This document shows positions 62,751 through 64,000 of a DNA stretch of 64,000 bases, in pieces. The stretch lies in assembly GCA_965112155.1 (NCBI GenBank), contig OZ218101.1; one strand, written 5' to 3'. The translations under genes were made by a program, and so were the position numbers. This DNA is from Podarcis liolepis (Eukaryota). Each line of letters starts with the position of its first letter. Within the stretch, counting starts at the first letter, position 1. The notes under the pieces were generated by a model that ran no database searches, was not told the DNA's origin, and was given only the letters and a program-made list of their open reading frames with translations.

Positions 62751-63549
62751 GCAACCAAGAAATGTGTGACAGTGGCTAGAACTGCTTTGGGGAAAGGGAA
62801 CAACTGGCCTGGTACATTAGCCAATCTGTACAAAAGCTGAGTACATATACGGCTGGGTTTTAAATTGCAGAGACGGCATCTTTGTTTCCTGTATACTACT
62901 GTTAACATTTCATAGATCTATCTAGGCAGCTTCTTAAAATCAATCCAACTTCTAATAATTAGCATTATTTTTTCAATTTGCTCTGCTCTGGAGACAGTAC
63001 TTCTGTTCCTAATGTTGAAATATGCATTCAGCAAGGCACAAAAACACATTTAAAATATTGTTGTTTTGGTCTTGCAGAGGAAGCAATATTTTCCCCCTCA
63101 CTTTAAAGTCTTCCTCTGCCAGCAAAAGGAAAACCCCAGAGGGAGACAATTAGAAGAACCAACTGATACTAAGAAGGTATCTTCTGTAGAGTGGAAACTG
63201 CTATATAAGGAAAGAAAAGGATACATAAACAGTCTGACAAAAAAAAAGTTGCTTCATAACTCTTTGCCCAAAAATCCAAGTTCCATAAGAAAAGTACTAT
63301 ACACAAACTGAACAGTGCATTAAATTTAATTACATTCCTCATCCTCATTATGCATCCCTTGTAAGCTAGCTTCAACCATGATCTAGTAATAGTAAATAGT
63401 AACAACAGGTGTCAACAGGTGTAAAAAAAGCAGAATAAACTGGTACAAAAGAACACTTAAGAACCAAAATATCAACACATTTCACCAGGAATGGTTTACT
63501 TTAGAAGGTCCCTCTAAAACAAAAGTAGCTAATATGATGCCCTCTGCAT

Positions 63550-63648
63550 CATGGTTTCCCAAAGTTGTGTCTCCAGCAGGACCAGTGGTTGGGGATGATG
63601 GGAATTGTAGTTCAAAAACAGCTGGAGACCCAAGTTTGGGGAACACTG
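63550..63648. mobile_element. hAT mini MITE
   Basis: Same family as 57282-57407. Confidence 0.7.
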
Positions 63649-64000
63649 CTCCAGATGAGGAAGCTGTAAGTCGAACAACAACTGGAGAGTACCACATTAC
63701 ATACCCCTGCTATAAGACATAGCTGGACAACTCATAAAAAGCCGAGGCTTACCACTGTTACCGCAAGCAGAGACAGTTGTACAAGGGGACAATGGTATAG
63801 GCAGAACTCTGCATGCCGTAATCTAGCCCAGCCTTGAAAGCAGACTGTTCCACTCTGCACATGTTGTTCCTCAGACAGAATACTTCAATTGGACTCATGG
63901 CAGCTTCCCATTAGTGTGTGCCTCAGTAACTTGAGACCAACATTTTTCTTCATCTCTAAGCCAGGTCATTTACTTCTCACTTCTTCTTTTTTGTTTTGGC

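Overview
Vertebrate genomic DNA from a squamate reptile, most likely a lacertid lizard. This is inferred from the repeat content: Sauria SINEs, BovB/RTE LINEs, Squam3-like and tRNA-Lys/CR1 SINEs, Penelope-like relics, and TA-flanked Tc1/mariner-pogo MITEs. I recognise no protein-coding gene. The ORF track is explained by transposon fragments or chance ORFs. The window looks like a large intron or gene desert, with repeat-poor, TAAT-rich blocks that may be conserved non-coding elements, and a 151-N gap at 37675-37825. The most notable observations are: (1) two candidate minus-strand micro-exons (31 and 51 nt) next to the gap, the second with its GTAAGT donor locked in a perfect 14-bp hairpin by an exonic U1-like ACTTACCT; (2) a BovB copy with its 5' UTR inverted against its 3' end inside one degenerate TSD; (3) a perfect 108-bp Penelope-like palindrome flanked by a 14-bp duplication; (4) internally deleted RTE derivatives that can be tiled from four copies; (5) a hAT-like MITE that carries a captured L2 tail; (6) two solo LTRs with shared termini. 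Family names come from my recall of consensus sequences, not from a database search. I see no evidence for a new multi-gene system; the splice-donor hairpin is the best lead.
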